Below the pieces are notes generated by a model that worked only from the letters and a program-made list of their open reading frames with translations, had not been told where the DNA came from and did not search any database. 64,000 nucleotides of DNA from Guillardia theta CCMP2712 (Eukaryota > Protista > Cryptophyta). Location of the stretch: positions 104,164 through 168,163 of the forward strand of contig NW_005434656.1 in assembly GCF_000315625.1 (NCBI RefSeq). The letters are read 5' to 3'. The translations under genes were made by a program, and so were the position numbers. The first letter of the stretch is position 1. The number at the start of each line of letters is the position of its first letter. Shown here piece by piece: positions 38,823 to 54,799 of this stretch.

Positions 38823-38912
38823 TCCTGTCCTGTCCTGTCCTGTCCTGTCCTGTCCTGTCCTGTCCTGTCCTGTCCTGTCCTGTCCTGTCCTGTCCTGTCC
38901 TGCCCTGCCCTG
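38823..38912. repeat. (TCCTG)n pentanucleotide microsatellite
   Basis: Directly visible. Confidence 0.95.
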
Positions 38913-39149
38913 CCCTTGGCGCTGCCCTCTGCTCGCTGTCGTCGACCAAGTGGTTACGGGGGCAGCATCAAAATCGATAGGTTTTAATTTGCTGCCCTGA
39001 GCGTTGTTGGTTCGGGGGCGATGCTGATTGTGTAACGGTGATCGCTATGTATTTGTAACCGTCAAACGAAGGGGCACCATGCACTTGATGTATCAACAGA
39101 CTAGTGAAGGAGGGAGGGAATCATAGGGTAGGCGGGAAGATGGGGAAGG

Positions 39150-39308
39150 ACGACATGACAGGACAGGACATGACATGACATGACATGACATGACATGACA
39201 TGACAGGACAGGACAGGACAGGACAGGACAGGACAGGACAGGACAGGACAGGACAGGACAGGACAGGACAGGACAGGACAGGACAGGACAGGACAGGACA
39301 GGACAGGA
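39150..39308. repeat. (GACAT)n/(GACAG)n microsatellite, inverted relative to 38823-38912
   Basis: (GACAG)n is the reverse complement of (CTGTC)n. Confidence 0.95.
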
Positions 39309-39562
39309 TGGGATGCCATGACCTTGGGGAAAACCAGTGTGTGGGTATAGGATTGTGAGGATAGGAAAGCGGGAGGGGAGCGAGCGGTAGAAGACTAGGA
39401 GAGGGATGAAATGAATGGTTTTTATCAACGGAAAGAAGTGCAGTTTGCATTGTGATCGTGATATCAATCTGTGCGTGTCATGCTAGGGAAGAAGTCAACC
39501 CGTAACGTGCCAACGAGCTCAAAGTGACAAGTTGCCATAGCAGGTCTCAGGTTGGGACTAGC

Positions 39563-40609
39563 ATGATGAGGTCGACTGAGTACGGCACTCTTGACGGCGG
39601 CAAGCCTCAATCAGCATCGCGCAGGTCGCCCCGAATGATCTCTCCGGTGGTTGGAGTTGTCAGTGCATTGCTCCTCGTTGTTAGCGCCGTGCTTCTCTCT
39701 TCCTCCCACAGGGGACAGAGTCAGCTCCTGCAGCGCGGCGGGTACGCTCGAAGTGGTCTCAACTTCGCGTTGGCGCATGGCACCAGGCAGCCCAGGACTT
39801 ACGACAGCGCTTTCCGTGTTGCCCGTCCCCGTCAGGTCTTGGAGCAGACTGGTGACGCTGGAAATAGCCAAGAGTTTGTCCAGTATCTCAGCGATCAAAG
39901 CGATGATATCCTCGACGAGGACGAGGACTCCGACCTGGGACGCGCCAGGCAGGCGGTCAAGGACGCCAAGGAGCGAGTCATCGAAGACGCGAAGCGCTTG
40001 CATGATATCGGGGTTGCGATCGAGGAGGAGGAGGCAAAGCAGAATCCTTCTGCTGCCAAGTCACACAAGGTACCTCATTGTAGCATCCAACTCGCTGTTG
40101 ACTCGCTTGTCCCTAAAGGTGCAGGCTCTGAAGAAGAGCAGCAGGAAGGCAAGTCCCTTGCTCGCTGCGCCATTCCTGCTTGTCCTCCCTCCTCTCCCCC
40201 CTCTTCCCTTCCTCCTCCTCCCTGTGACCCTCTTTGTTAGGTGAAGAGGTCCGGGAAGGACAAAGCGGACGAGATCGACATGAAGATCAAGGTCAAATCT
40301 CTTCCTCTTTCTCCAACTTATGCTCAACTTCACTCGCAGGTCGAGGTGGATCCACAGGCCCGTCGTTCTCGCAAGTCGCGTGCAGGAGCTGATCAAAGAA
40401 GGGGTCAACAAGCGGAGGACGCAAAGAAGCAGAAAGAGGATGTGATGGTGGCTCGTTTCCCTCTTCCTCCGTTTACAAGATGATTCACGAATAAAATCAT
40501 CACAACGGCTATCTTGGTCATAACATGAAGTTTCTTGATTTCTTGGACACAGTCCCCTCTCCCTGCGTTCAGTAGTTTGAAACTCTGTCCAGCCATCAGG
40601 ACATCGTAA
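39563..40609 (+). CDS. Type II membrane / signal-anchored coiled-coil protein of unknown function
   Basis: MMRSTEYGTL..., a single TM segment (VVGVVSALLLVVSAVLL), then a charged coiled coil with short GT-AG introns. Confidence 0.55.
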
Positions 40610-40682
40610 CGACATTGGATGCAAGTTTGATATGGAGCCGTGTCAAATACTTCAACTTCCGCTTGTTCTTTCTATTGAAAAT

Positions 40683-42497
40683 CTAAATCTTTCGAATGAA
40701 TGCATACAATCCCTCCACCTGACAACAAGTGAGCAAACACTTACGAATCTCTTCCCAAGACAACACAAACGACAAGGTGAAACGACTCGACAGTCACGCA
40801 TGGATACATGCAATCACGTGTGATGGCAAAACTTTGAAACAACTCACAATGTCATCCAGGTTGGGCTCCTCAAGATGGACCCAGCAATCCCCATCATCGT
40901 ACCCCGTCTTCCTCCTACAGGCAGGACATGTGCGGTTGTGCCTGCTCCTGTGCGATGCATCAGAGTGATGTTTCTACAGCTATCCTCGCTGACCATAAGG
41001 ATAAGCATCCCTCACAGAAGGGACCATGCAGACACGGGAGAGAAATTCCGGAAGAAGTCATCTGGTCAAGAACAAGTCATCCAACAGTTTCAAATCATGA
41101 GAACGCTGCTTGTAGAGCATACCTGGAGGCAGATCATACATTCATACTCGCTCTTCTGTATTTTACACATCCTTGATTCAGTCAAGGCCAAAGGTTGATC
41201 CTGATCTGAGTTGTTTGCATTGTTTTCTTGCCCTGCCGCTTCAAATACCAACAGTCAGTTCCACTCGATCAAAACAAACTCCGCATCGATCACCATCAGG
41301 GTTGGCATCGGCAGAGCCTTCCTCACTTTGATCGGGTTGATCGGCATCTTCGTCCGCATCTTCTGATGCTCGACCTGCAGCCAAGGCAGCATTCCTGCAC
41401 CTACACTCGGAGTTTCCGCTGCATGTACAACTTCGATCTCTTTCTCCTTCATCTCCTTCATCGTCCTGTTTCCAATTACTGCCACGATGGCTGACGAAGG
41501 ATGACGGCCCTTGATTCTCCTTGTTGAGATTGAAATCTCCTCGAGCTCCATTAATGGTGTCCTCTTTGTTATCCTCTTCCCCTGTTCTTTGTCTCCTGCT
41601 TGCTGGAACCTCCTCCTCCTCCTCCTCCTCCTCCTCCTCCTCCATGTCCAGCCCTTGGCAATCTTCAAACTGAGTATCTTCAAACTGAGCATTTTCAACA
41701 TCATCATGAGTTTGTTCCATATCAAACTCTCCAACGGCATCCTCGAAGTTGGAGTTTGCATTCTGCATCATCCGCAGCCGTTCTTGCCTCGTGCTCGCCC
41801 GCGCGGCCTGCTCTGTCTCTTGATCGAGGTGGCGACTCCCAGCAGCATGATCCTGGGCCGACTGCTCCGACCTTCGATGAGCTTCATGAGCTTCATGATC
41901 TTTGATCGCTCCTTTCTCCTGCGCTTCATCGTACGAAACAATCCTCCCATCTTCCATCAAAATCCTCTGCGCAGTCGCTCGATCGGGTTCTACCCAGCCC
42001 CTGTAACGAGATAGCATGACTATGAGGAACGAGGACGAGGAAGAACGAGGACGAGGAAGAACGAGGACGATGAGGAGGTACCTCAGAGCCATCTGAGCTT
42101 GCAGAGCAACGTCAGCTTCAGCTTGCATCCTTCTGAACACCTTGACGAATTGTTTGTAGGTCAAGGGCTTAAAGCTGTCGAATCAATGTCAACATGGGCG
42201 CCATTAGACAAGCAATGAGACAAGGGGCACAGCAAGAACAGCAAGAACTTACTTGCCGCCAGGCACAGCGTCAGATCCATCTACCATGACCCTCTTGACA
42301 CCAACTCTCGCTAGTTCCTTGTAGTTAGCGTCATTTAGTCCGAATTTCGTGTTCAAGGACGCGAAGTAGAGCTGACAATCATCCTTTCGAAAGCATGGCG
42401 CGAGCTTGTTCGCTGTTTCAACATCGTCCACCAAACCCCGTATTCCTCGCTTGTCATTAGCCAGAAGAGACTGGTCCTTGGAGTTGAGACCTCCCAT
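40683..42497 (-). CDS. RNF141-like RING-finger E3 ubiquitin ligase
   Basis: N-myristoylation-type start MGGLNS; PLTYKQFVKVF; spliced RING ECMICLQ...LPCLHGPFCEGCLSLW...TCPACR followed by CWVHLEEPNLDDI, as in the RNF141 C-terminus. Confidence 0.72.
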
Positions 42498-43851
42498 GCT
42501 CGCTCGATACCTTGCCCACAAAATGTAAGTTGGATTTCTTCACGGCTGACTACGAGCAGAATGGGCTGTCAGGATGTTGCGAGCAAGAGAAAGACAGGGA
42601 AATGAATCAAAGAACAAATCGAAACTAAGCGATCAAGTAGGTAACCAGCAGAAATAAACCTCACACCACAACGTAAAGGTAGAGTGAAAACACGCTGCGC
42701 AGGAATGAACAAGAGGAAGTGAGGAAGAGAAGAAGAGAAGAAGACGATGAGCTCAATTCAGCATTCACCAGGATGGGAGGAAACAAGTTGAGGAGGAGGG
42801 GAACAAAGCATGGCTCGAGTGACAGCGAAGGGTTAGAGGGAAATGGCATCTTTCGCAGCCAGCATGGCGGGGGCTGTTGGGTCAAGGATGAGTAGAGGAA
42901 CAAAGGGGGTGGGTAGGGGGTTTTGGTCGAGAAATGGGTGGGTACTTTGTATTAAGAAAGAGGGGTGGATATAGGGTCTAATTACCACCAAGGGTGGTTG
43001 AAATTTGAGGGTGCTAAGGTCTGCAGAGTGGGTACCGCCAAGGTAAGACGATGGGTAGGGGGTGGTGTGTTTTAAAAGACAGGGGTACTCTTGCCTTTTG
43101 AGCCGTGAGGGGTTCAATCAGACAATTGGTAGGGTAGGGTCATAGTTGGAGTCTGGGGTAGGGTATCCTGAAGGGAGATGAAGGGGGTACGTCTCGTACA
43201 ATGAATCGATGGGGTTTTCAAATTAGAAAAATGGGGTGGGTAGCAAAAAGTCAAGAGCCAGACCTTGGATAGGTGGGGTGGTGAAAATATGAGAGGTAGG
43301 GTGGATAAATCCTTCTGGGAGATCACAGGGGTGTACAAGGTAGTTGCACCCAAGGTGCTCTCGACAGGGGTGGGGTAGTACCCCACCTCCCGTGGTCTAA
43401 TTCTGTAGATTTCATTTTGGACCACATCCCCACTCAAGTTACCACATCCCCTCTCAGATCCCGGCCGATCATCGAGTACGGCCGTGACGGCCGTGAGTCA
43501 CTGCGCCGCCGGCCGGCCCGGGCCCCGGCCGCCGCAATGCGCCGGCTGCAGCGGACGGCCCGCTAGCCAGCGCTCACTGCGGTGGCTGCCAGCCCTAACA
43601 GTCCTGGCAAGAGCCGCCGTTCGATTCGGAACCGTGGAAAGTAAGTTGGTAGGTCATCGGATGGTTTTTCAATTCAAACTTGGCTTTCACGTTTCGCTCT
43701 GCCAGGCAAGGGCTCTAGCGGTATAGATAAGATAGGGCGACAGAGACAGAGACTCGAGAACAGACGAGAGGAGAAATAAAGAAATGAAAAGAGAGGGGAA
43801 GTGACATACGAAGAGAGAACAACGAGATTGAAACACGAGGTGAGAAGCATG

Positions 43852-47009
<3,158 letters not shown>

Positions 47010-48324
47010 GCAAACTACTGGCGACTTTCACGAGCCGCCGCTAACTCATTTTTCCGTCGGTAACTAATCATGACCCCTCCCCCTTGCCCCCTCCCCCCGC
47101 CAACCACAACCTCTCTTCTCCTATCCTGCATCTAACTAGTTGATTTCGTCTCTTTCCTTTTCATCATGCTGTAAGATGTTTGCGTGCAACTTTCTTTCGA
47201 ATAGAACATTCTCCCATGCAATCACCAGATTCGCGAGGTATTACAATTCTTCAGAAGAAACTGTCTTCGCCTCCTCCTCCTCAAGGGATTTCTTCTGCGC
47301 CACTCCCATCTGCATTACTTCATCGTCTATCATCATTCCCTCCTTTCCCCGTCTCGCTCTCTGGATCCTCTTCCTCCTCTCTGAGCATAGGCTACGACTG
47401 GCCCCGACATGCGTGCATGAAGGCGCAGCACAATGCGCAAGTGGCCAGAGAGAAAGATGGGTGGGGGTATCCATGGGTACTTTTTTACTGCGATAATTAG
47501 GGTACATCAAGGTAGAAATGAGGGGTCAATGATAGCCAATGTGCTAATTCATGGGTCCAGTGAGGAGGGGTGGAATGATTTCAATGAGGATATTTGGGGT
47601 GGGGGATAGTAGGGGTGGTCAGATGGATTCTGGAAGACGGAGTAGGAAGGGTGGTAGTGATCCAATGCGGACGGGTAGGGGTACCGAGGAAGGGGTCACA
47701 GAGTAACGTGATTTGACTACTACCCTACCATATGAACTGATTTGGAGGGGTACTGAGACACACTTTGGTGCATGCTGAGCTACTTTCTTGCGGCTATAGG
47801 TGGAAATGGGGGGTTGCAAGATAGTCGGACTGTTTCGGCGGTAGGGTACTTTTCTGGTCACCTACCGGTCTAATTAATAACAAAGCTAGGGGTAGGGTCA
47901 TTTACTTCCTATTAACATATTTATCTATTATGGGAGACAGTGACAGGGTACTATTGGCAGGTTCCAGGACGGGTGTGACAAAATGAAATCAGGCAATTGT
48001 AAGTTGATAGCATGTTTTCGGGGTAGCTGGTAGTCCTGGCCGCAAGTTGCGCACCCGGACTCCCGGAGGCTAGACCGTCCCGGCGTTAATCGAATCAACC
48101 TCCACCTCACTGCTCCTCCCTGCGTCTTCCTGAATCGCAATCTCCTCCTCCAAGCTCCAAGCCGCTGAGCTGCTTCTTGCCGGAGGCCCCTACTGAGCTT
48201 CTCCTCCAGGCCCAAGCTCCTTCTAGCCTGAGCACCAAGCTTCCCCTTCGGAAGTTCAAGCATGATCTTGTCAACATGGCATCCATCCCGGGCCATCATT
48301 GTGTTTCAACTTCCCATCGATTTG

Positions 48325-48700
48325 TCACCCCATCTTGACTTTCATCATCCAACTTCCGAAGTTCCCCCCTTGCAGTTCATTGTGAAAAACCTCCTGATTG
48401 ACAAATACACCTCGCTGGTGATAACGGGGGTCAATACAGATATCCCTCGTCGTGTGCAGATACCTCGCCAAGTGAACCAGTGCGTCCCAGTCACGCACCC
48501 TAGGCGCCATTGCGAATCCGGCGACTGAAGAGACTAACAGCAAAGGAAATGATACTGTCTTACTGAGGACTTATCCAATAATTCTCCCTCCAGATGGTAA
48601 CTTCGCATAGTGCACTCCAGGCAAGATAGTGAAAACTGCCACCGAACTTCGGAACGAAGAGGATTCCAAATTTCTCAACCAGCTGTTCAATGATCAAAAT
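48325..48700 (-). mobile_element. Degenerate Ty1/copia-like reverse transcriptase fragment
   Basis: SFAVSSVAGFAMAPRVRDWDALVHLARYLHTTRD resembles the copia RT C-terminal region; neighbouring frames are broken; no LTRs seen. Confidence 0.55.
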
Positions 48701-49573
48701 GCTTTTGACTCAAAGTACTGACTCATTCAACTTGAAGTCACTGACGAGTCCGACGAGTCAGGCAGGCCGGTAAGTTAGGAGGCCTGAGGACTTGGGGCCG
48801 GGCCGGCAAACGCCGCGGACCCCCCGCGGCCGCGCGCGCCGCCGGGCCATTGCCCGGCAGTCAGTCACGGTGGCCCATGATCATCCCGGGGGGCCGGGCG
48901 GCGGCGGGCGATCTGAAGACCCGGATGATCGGCCGCGCCGGGTCCGATCTGTCCGACTTCAGCCATGTCACGAGTCGGGCTCGGACGCCGCGCAGCGACT
49001 GCTCGCTACTAGAATGCAGGTCACTGTCACGCGTCCGAGTGAGAGCCTCGGAGTCACGTGGTCAGCCTCGGGCGAGGTTACCGTACCGGGTAGTAAATTA
49101 GCAATAAGGCTGACCAACTTTCAAGCAGAGCCTCAATCGGAGTCACGCGGCCCTCATGACCAGAGCTTGCTTTGGGCTAAAAGTCAGTTGTAATTGTGTC
49201 CCCCGGGGCTCAGCCTGCTTGCGACACCCTACCCCCCACCAATAGGATCACTTTTATGGTCGTTGACCGGGGTGATCTCCCAGGCTCATCTATCTGGCAC
49301 TAGCCCAGTAGGGGTCAGATCAGGGCCACTGCGGGGCCGTTTCACGATTGACCTCTTCGGTACCAACTTTTAGTCAAGAATCTCAGTATAATAGTAGTAA
49401 AATTTGAGATGTAGTAAAGTGGGCTGGGTACCAAAGATTTTCTAGCAAGCAAAGGGAATTTAGGCGACAGGGTAGGGTGGGGTAGTGTCATCTCGTGGTG
49501 AGTCACAACAGCTCGGTGGTGTAAAACCTGTTTCTGAGGTCATCGCGTAGATATCAATCTTGCGCACTGCACA

Positions 49574-50872
49574 ATGCCGGAAGCAACCATCGCCGTCGAA
49601 GTTGAGCCCCATGTGGTTTACACGTCGTCTACTCCAGTCGAAGAATTTACCAACATGGAGGATGAAGACTTGGAGTCCAACCCCAAGAAGCTTCCCGGCC
49701 AGTATAAGGTTGCAATACAGGAGCTTTCCGCTTTTAGCAGCAGCGAGAGTCAAACATGGGAAGGGAGGGCGAGATGGGTCAAGGGAATTCTCGGAGCTGC
49801 GTGCATAAGCCTCGTGGCCGGGGTAGTGTTGGATCTTGGGAAGGTGGTTCTGCCGTTGGGGGTCAGGTCGCAGTTCATTTTCAAGCTCTTTGTCATGATG
49901 AAGATTGTGCTGGGAGCTTCGGCTGGGTCCGCCTACTGCCTCGCAGGGATGTCTCTGGTCTTACCGCTGCAGTTCAATCGAGTTCGGGAAGAGTTCATGG
50001 GAGCACAGCAGTGTCTGGGGATCGTACCTATCCTTGTCGGAGCGTTTATACTTGGATGCGGGATGGCGCTGGCAGGGGGCTGCACAGGGAAGGTCCTTGT
50101 GCAAGTGGGTTCAGGCATTCCTTACTCGTGGGTAACTCTCCTTGGCTGCTTCTCAGGTGCAGCTTTCTATGGGATAGTGCAATCGAAGATTGAGCCTTAC
50201 CTGATTGTTGGGAAGATGAAGTCGCCCAAATTGGAGGACTACGGGCCTCTGAAGAAAGTACCCTTCTTTGTGCTTGCGACTGGTCTTGCAGTCTGCATGA
50301 CGATCGTCATTGTTATCCTCGAGGTTCTCTATCCTTGGTATGAGACTATTCCAGGAGGGACGACGCTGTGGAGAACTGTGGTTCCACCTCAGTTTACGGG
50401 CGCGATTCTCGGGATCCTGCAGATCCCGGCAGTTCTACTGTTGAACGAGACACTTGGAGGCAGCTCTGCGTACATGACGTACACCTCTCAGTTTCTTCGC
50501 GTCTGCAAGGACTGCCCAGTTGTGCTGGGTCACCTCAACAGTTTCAGGACGGGGGTCGCCAACTCTTGTTCGGCCGTAGCGCTTGTGTTCACCATCGCAG
50601 GAGCTGCGATCTCATCCATCGCGGGAGGGACATACGGGAAGTATGAGGGGGTGTACCCGATAGAAGCGTTTGCAGGAGGCTTTTGTGTTATCTTCGGGAG
50701 CAGGCTTACTTCGGGATGCTTCACCGGGCATGTGTTTTCTGGTGTCGCGCTGCTGTCACTGAAGTCCATGATTGCGGCCCTCACGATTTTCGCTGGAGCG
50801 ATCACAGTAGGATTTGTGTACTTCACCGTGGATCCTTTCAACTACACGGGAAGGTTGGGCGGGGCAGTGTAA
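49574..50872 (+). CDS. YeeE/YedE (TsuA-like) sulfur-compound transporter, intronless
   Basis: Multiple TM helices; twin motifs GAFILGCGMALAGGCTG and GGFCVIFGSRLTSGCFTGH. Confidence 0.88.
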   Translation: MPEATIAVEVEPHVVYTSSTPVEEFTNMEDEDLESNPKKLPGQYKVAIQELSAFSSSESQTWEGRARWVKGILGAACISLVAGVVLDLGKVVLPLGVRSQFIFKLFVMMKIVLGASAGSAYCLAGMSLVLPLQFNRVREEFMGAQQCLGIVPILVGAFILGCGMALAGGCTGKVLVQVGSGIPYSWVTLLGCFSGAAFYGIVQSKIEPYLIVGKMKSPKLEDYGPLKKVPFFVLATGLAVCMTIVIVILEVLYPWYETIPGGTTLWRTVVPPQFTGAILGILQIPAVLLLNETLGGSSAYMTYTSQFLRVCKDCPVVLGHLNSFRTGVANSCSAVALVFTIAGAAISSIAGGTYGKYEGVYPIEAFAGGFCVIFGSRLTSGCFTGHVFSGVALLSLKSMIAALTIFAGAITVGFVYFTVDPFNYTGRLGGAV

Positions 50873-51238
50873 GGGAAGGTAAGGGCTGTCCGATCGTGTC
50901 CATCAGCAAGCTGGTCGGACAACTTGCCAAACTTTGTGTTTTTTAAGTTCAAGAGTGGAGATTGTTTAATTATCTATAATGCGTTGTTTCTGTAAGTTGA
51001 TTAAAGGTTCTAAGAGTTGGCTCAAGCATGGGATACTTTAGTAGACTTTGAGAGCAACAAGATGGTTTGCCTGGGCTTCAATCCTATGGGTTGCGGCGGC
51101 GGCCACGATCTCATAGTCATCACAACACTGCCACCATACCTTACTAGAGTGAAAGCTGAGGCAGATTTGCTACTCATAAAATCATCATAAAAGTGTTCGG
51201 ATAAGTAAAAATGTTATAGATATAAGGATTTTGAGACA

Positions 51239-54073
51239 ATGCGCATGTTGATGGCGCTGGCGGCGCTGGCGGCGCTGGCGGCGATGCCATGCGCGGCCTT
51301 TACCTTGAGCTCGTCTCCTCTCCTCCAGCACAGAGGCTACAGGGCTCCCTCCCTTGCATGCAGCATCGCTAGGAGGACAAACCGCGTTTGTCGGCTGGGA
51401 GTGATGAAAGAGGACTCGGTGGTCGACAAAGTTTTTGATACGCTCTTCGGAACGAAGAAGGAGGCTGCGGGGAAGAGAGCTCTCGAGGAAGAGCATGAAG
51501 AGATGTTCATGGTGGTAGTCAACGACGATAAGGAGCACTATGTCGATGAAGTCGTCAAGATCATACGAAAGGTAGGACTGCAGATTTCTGTGAGCTCCAT
51601 GACGCGTCATGTTTTCAGACAGTGGGAAGGACATGGAAGGATTCTCTTGACCTCACCATGCAAATCGGAAGGAAAGGATCGGCGATCGTGTACATGGGAT
51701 CCAAGGAAGACTGCGAGAGGATGTCAGAGGCGCTCTTGCAGTCGACTCTCAAGGCTGTAGTGATGCGAGACGACGAGGAGGGCAGGAAGTTGGTCGACGC
51801 CACGTCATCATCGACAGAGGCGAGGACGAGCGTGTACGTTCATTGGGTCCGTCTTGCTGCCTACTCACGCCTTCTTGACAGGTGGGGAGAGAAGTCGTTT
51901 CGGAATGGGGCACGGCCCAGAGTAACGTTGATCGGTGAGTGGGGTGAACGTCATTTCGATGGCGTCCTTCTTGTTGCTCTTGTTTTCTGTTCTTTTCCAT
52001 GCCTGACCTTGAATCTCTTTCTTATCATTATCAGCATGTTGCAATATCTGTTTGATGTTCAACTTGTTGTTTGTGTCATGCATCATCATAGCACAAACTC
52101 ACGAATCTCCCCTCTCAAGGTGGCACTGGCCGAGTTGGTGCATGGACGCTGAGAGAGCTTTTTAAGTTCTCCCAGGGAGAGATCGACATTGTTATTGCAG
52201 GGAGAAATGAGAAAATGGCAGACAAGTTGAAGAGGTGTGATGTCTGTTGTCTCAGTTTGCTCGCATGCCAGCTCGACCCTCCTTTCTCTTCTCATCGTAC
52301 CCTTACTTGTTCTCCCTCCTCCAACAGGCAGCTTGAGGGAGAATCGTTCGCGTTCGGGGGAAGGGAATGGTCGACAATGAGGACGAAGCTGATGGTAAGA
52401 AGAGAAGGGCATGTTCGATGTGAGTTGCAACGTGTCTGACGTGTCTTGCAGGGGAGCGTGAGTTTTGAGCCCATCTCGTTGTCCGACAGAGAGAGTTTGG
52501 TTGACAGTCATCATAACCTGAGATGCTGGCGTGTGACAAGTTGTTATCAAGGCGCGCGCGATGAAGGGTTCCGATCTAGTGATTCATACTGCCGGTGAGA
52601 CATCTTGTTGGTGCTGTGCTGTGCTGCCTTTCGTCTCTCCCCGCTGCTCCTTTCCGTTTCTTCTCTCCTCCTTTTTCTAGCCTCTCACCACCTCCTTCGG
52701 CGTGATTGTTGTGCTGGTCACTTGTCTCTATTTTGTATTTGTTTGACTTGACCTCAGGTCCGTTTCAGAACGCTGATACCAAGTCAGTTCTCCTCCTCCT
52801 CTTCCTTCCTCCCCCGTCCTCCCTCTCCCTTTCTCCCCACGCTGTTTGTGAAGAAGATCAATAATCCTCTTGGTTCAGAGTCTTGCAAGTTGCCATTGAG
52901 CTTGGAATCACATACATGGACGTCTGTGACGACCAAGACTTTGCGGCGAAATGTCGGGAACTCTCTCAGCAGGTGCGATGATGGGAAGACGGAGGAAGGA
53001 GATGATGTTGCAAGTGTCCAGGCTGTGGAGAAGAATGTAACATGCATGACAACTTGTGGGATCTACCCTGGTTTGCTTGTTTGCATTGTGAGGTTTGAGT
53101 TTGACATGGTTGTCAAGGTTTGTCCAACGTCATGGCGTCATCTCTTGTAAGTTTCTTGGTGGACGGATATTGCTCACTGCCCTGAAATGTGTTTGTTCGA
53201 CACCAACTTGATGTTTGGAGTGTGTTTTCGTGCGATCGTCATTGTCATTGTCATCGTCCTTGTCAATGTCATGTTGCTTCTCTTGTCTTTCATTCTCCTG
53301 ACGATTCTCTTGTTCTCTCTTTGCTTCTTCTAACGTCTTTCGGGTGCTATTTCAGACAAGACAAGCTCGTAAAGATTCTTTCGAGCCTCAAAGTCTTCGT
53401 TTCTCTTACTTCACTGCTGTAATATCTCTCTTCCTCCCCTTCTTCCCTTCTCCCTGCCTCTCCCTCTTTCTCTCTCTCCTTTTTGTCTTCTCCTCTGCCT
53501 CCCCTGTCCACATCCACCCCCCCCCTCAGACTGTTTCCTTCCTCTCGTCGCTCTTGCGTCTTCGATGACCACTCGCTCTAGGGCACTGGAGGCGTTGGAG
53601 GAACCATCCTTGCGTCTACCTTCATGCTCCTTGCCGAGCCATGCCAAGTGTACCGGGTGAAGGAGGAGGAGGAGGAGGAGGAGGAGGAGGGAGGAGGAGG
53701 GAGGAGGAGGAGGGAGGAGGGAGGGAGGGAGGGANNNNNNNNNNNNNNNNNNNNNNNNNNNNNNNNNNNNNNNNNNNNNNNNNNNNNNNNNNNNNNNNNN
53801 NNNNNNNNNNNNNNNNNNNNNNNNNNNNNNNNNNAACCCCCAAAAAAAAAAAAAAAAAAAAGTTTGGGACTATAACTTAAAATCTGGGTACTGGATTAAA
53901 GACAATGCCCCCCCCCCCCCCCTTCCCTTTTCTCCTGCTCCTGCTCCTGCTCCGCCCTCCCCGTCCCTGCCCTTCCTCCTCCTCCTCTCCCCCCCCTCGT
54001 CCATTCTGTCAAACACCGATGCTATCACCATCTCGTTTGCTTCTCGCTTCTCGCCTTTCCTCCTCTGCCTCTC

Positions 54074-54120
<47 letters not shown>

Positions 54121-54763
54121 AGCTGCACTCTTCGCCCGTCCTAACCCCGTGACCTCAGATTTTGAACATCCCCAACGTGGACGCAACTTTCGCAACAGCT
54201 CCTGAGTTCTGGAATGTTCTCCTCCGAGGAATCGTCAAGGTACCTGCTGCTGCTGCTGCTGCTGCCGGTGCCGGTGCTGGTGCTGGTGCTGCTGCTGCTG
54301 CTGCCGCTGCTGCTGCTGCTGCTGCTGCCGCTGCTGCTGCTGCTGCCGCTGCCGCTGCCGCTGCCGCTGCCGCTGCCGCTGCTGCTGCTGCTGCTGCTGC
54401 CGGTGCTGCTGCTGCTGCTGCTGCCGGTGCCGGTGCTGGTGCTGGCGCTAGAGCTCCTAATCTGCATGCCCCCTTGCAGCTGCATGGCTCGATCAACATT
54501 TCCTCCTCTCACTTGCCGCAGGTCATCCCGAGGAAGCTTCTCTCGGATCGTAGCTTTGCATCCAAGGTGAAGTTGCAACAGTTCTCTGCTTCTCCTTCAC
54601 CTGTCGTCGATTTTCTCTTCTCTTCTCTTCTCTTCTCATCTCATCTGTTCTGTTCTGTTCTGTTCTTTCATCCTCATTTCTCTTCTTGGCTTACTTTCTG
54701 TTTTTCCTGCTCAGTTTGCCGCAATTTCGTTGCCAATCAACAGACTCGTCGACGTAATATTCC

Positions 54764-54799
<36 letters not shown>

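Noticed and set aside
38641-39467. Cys-rich 'CPVLS' repeat proteins
   Set aside because: Translations of pentanucleotide microsatellites in intergenic DNA.
41241-41300. PHD/RING start at DRCGVCFD
   Set aside because: Only one CxxC with no further ligands traced; the complete RING lies in downstream exons (~40890-41145).
42900-43450. Interstitial telomeric repeat
   Set aside because: No tandem fixed-unit repeat; only dispersed GGGTAGGG words.
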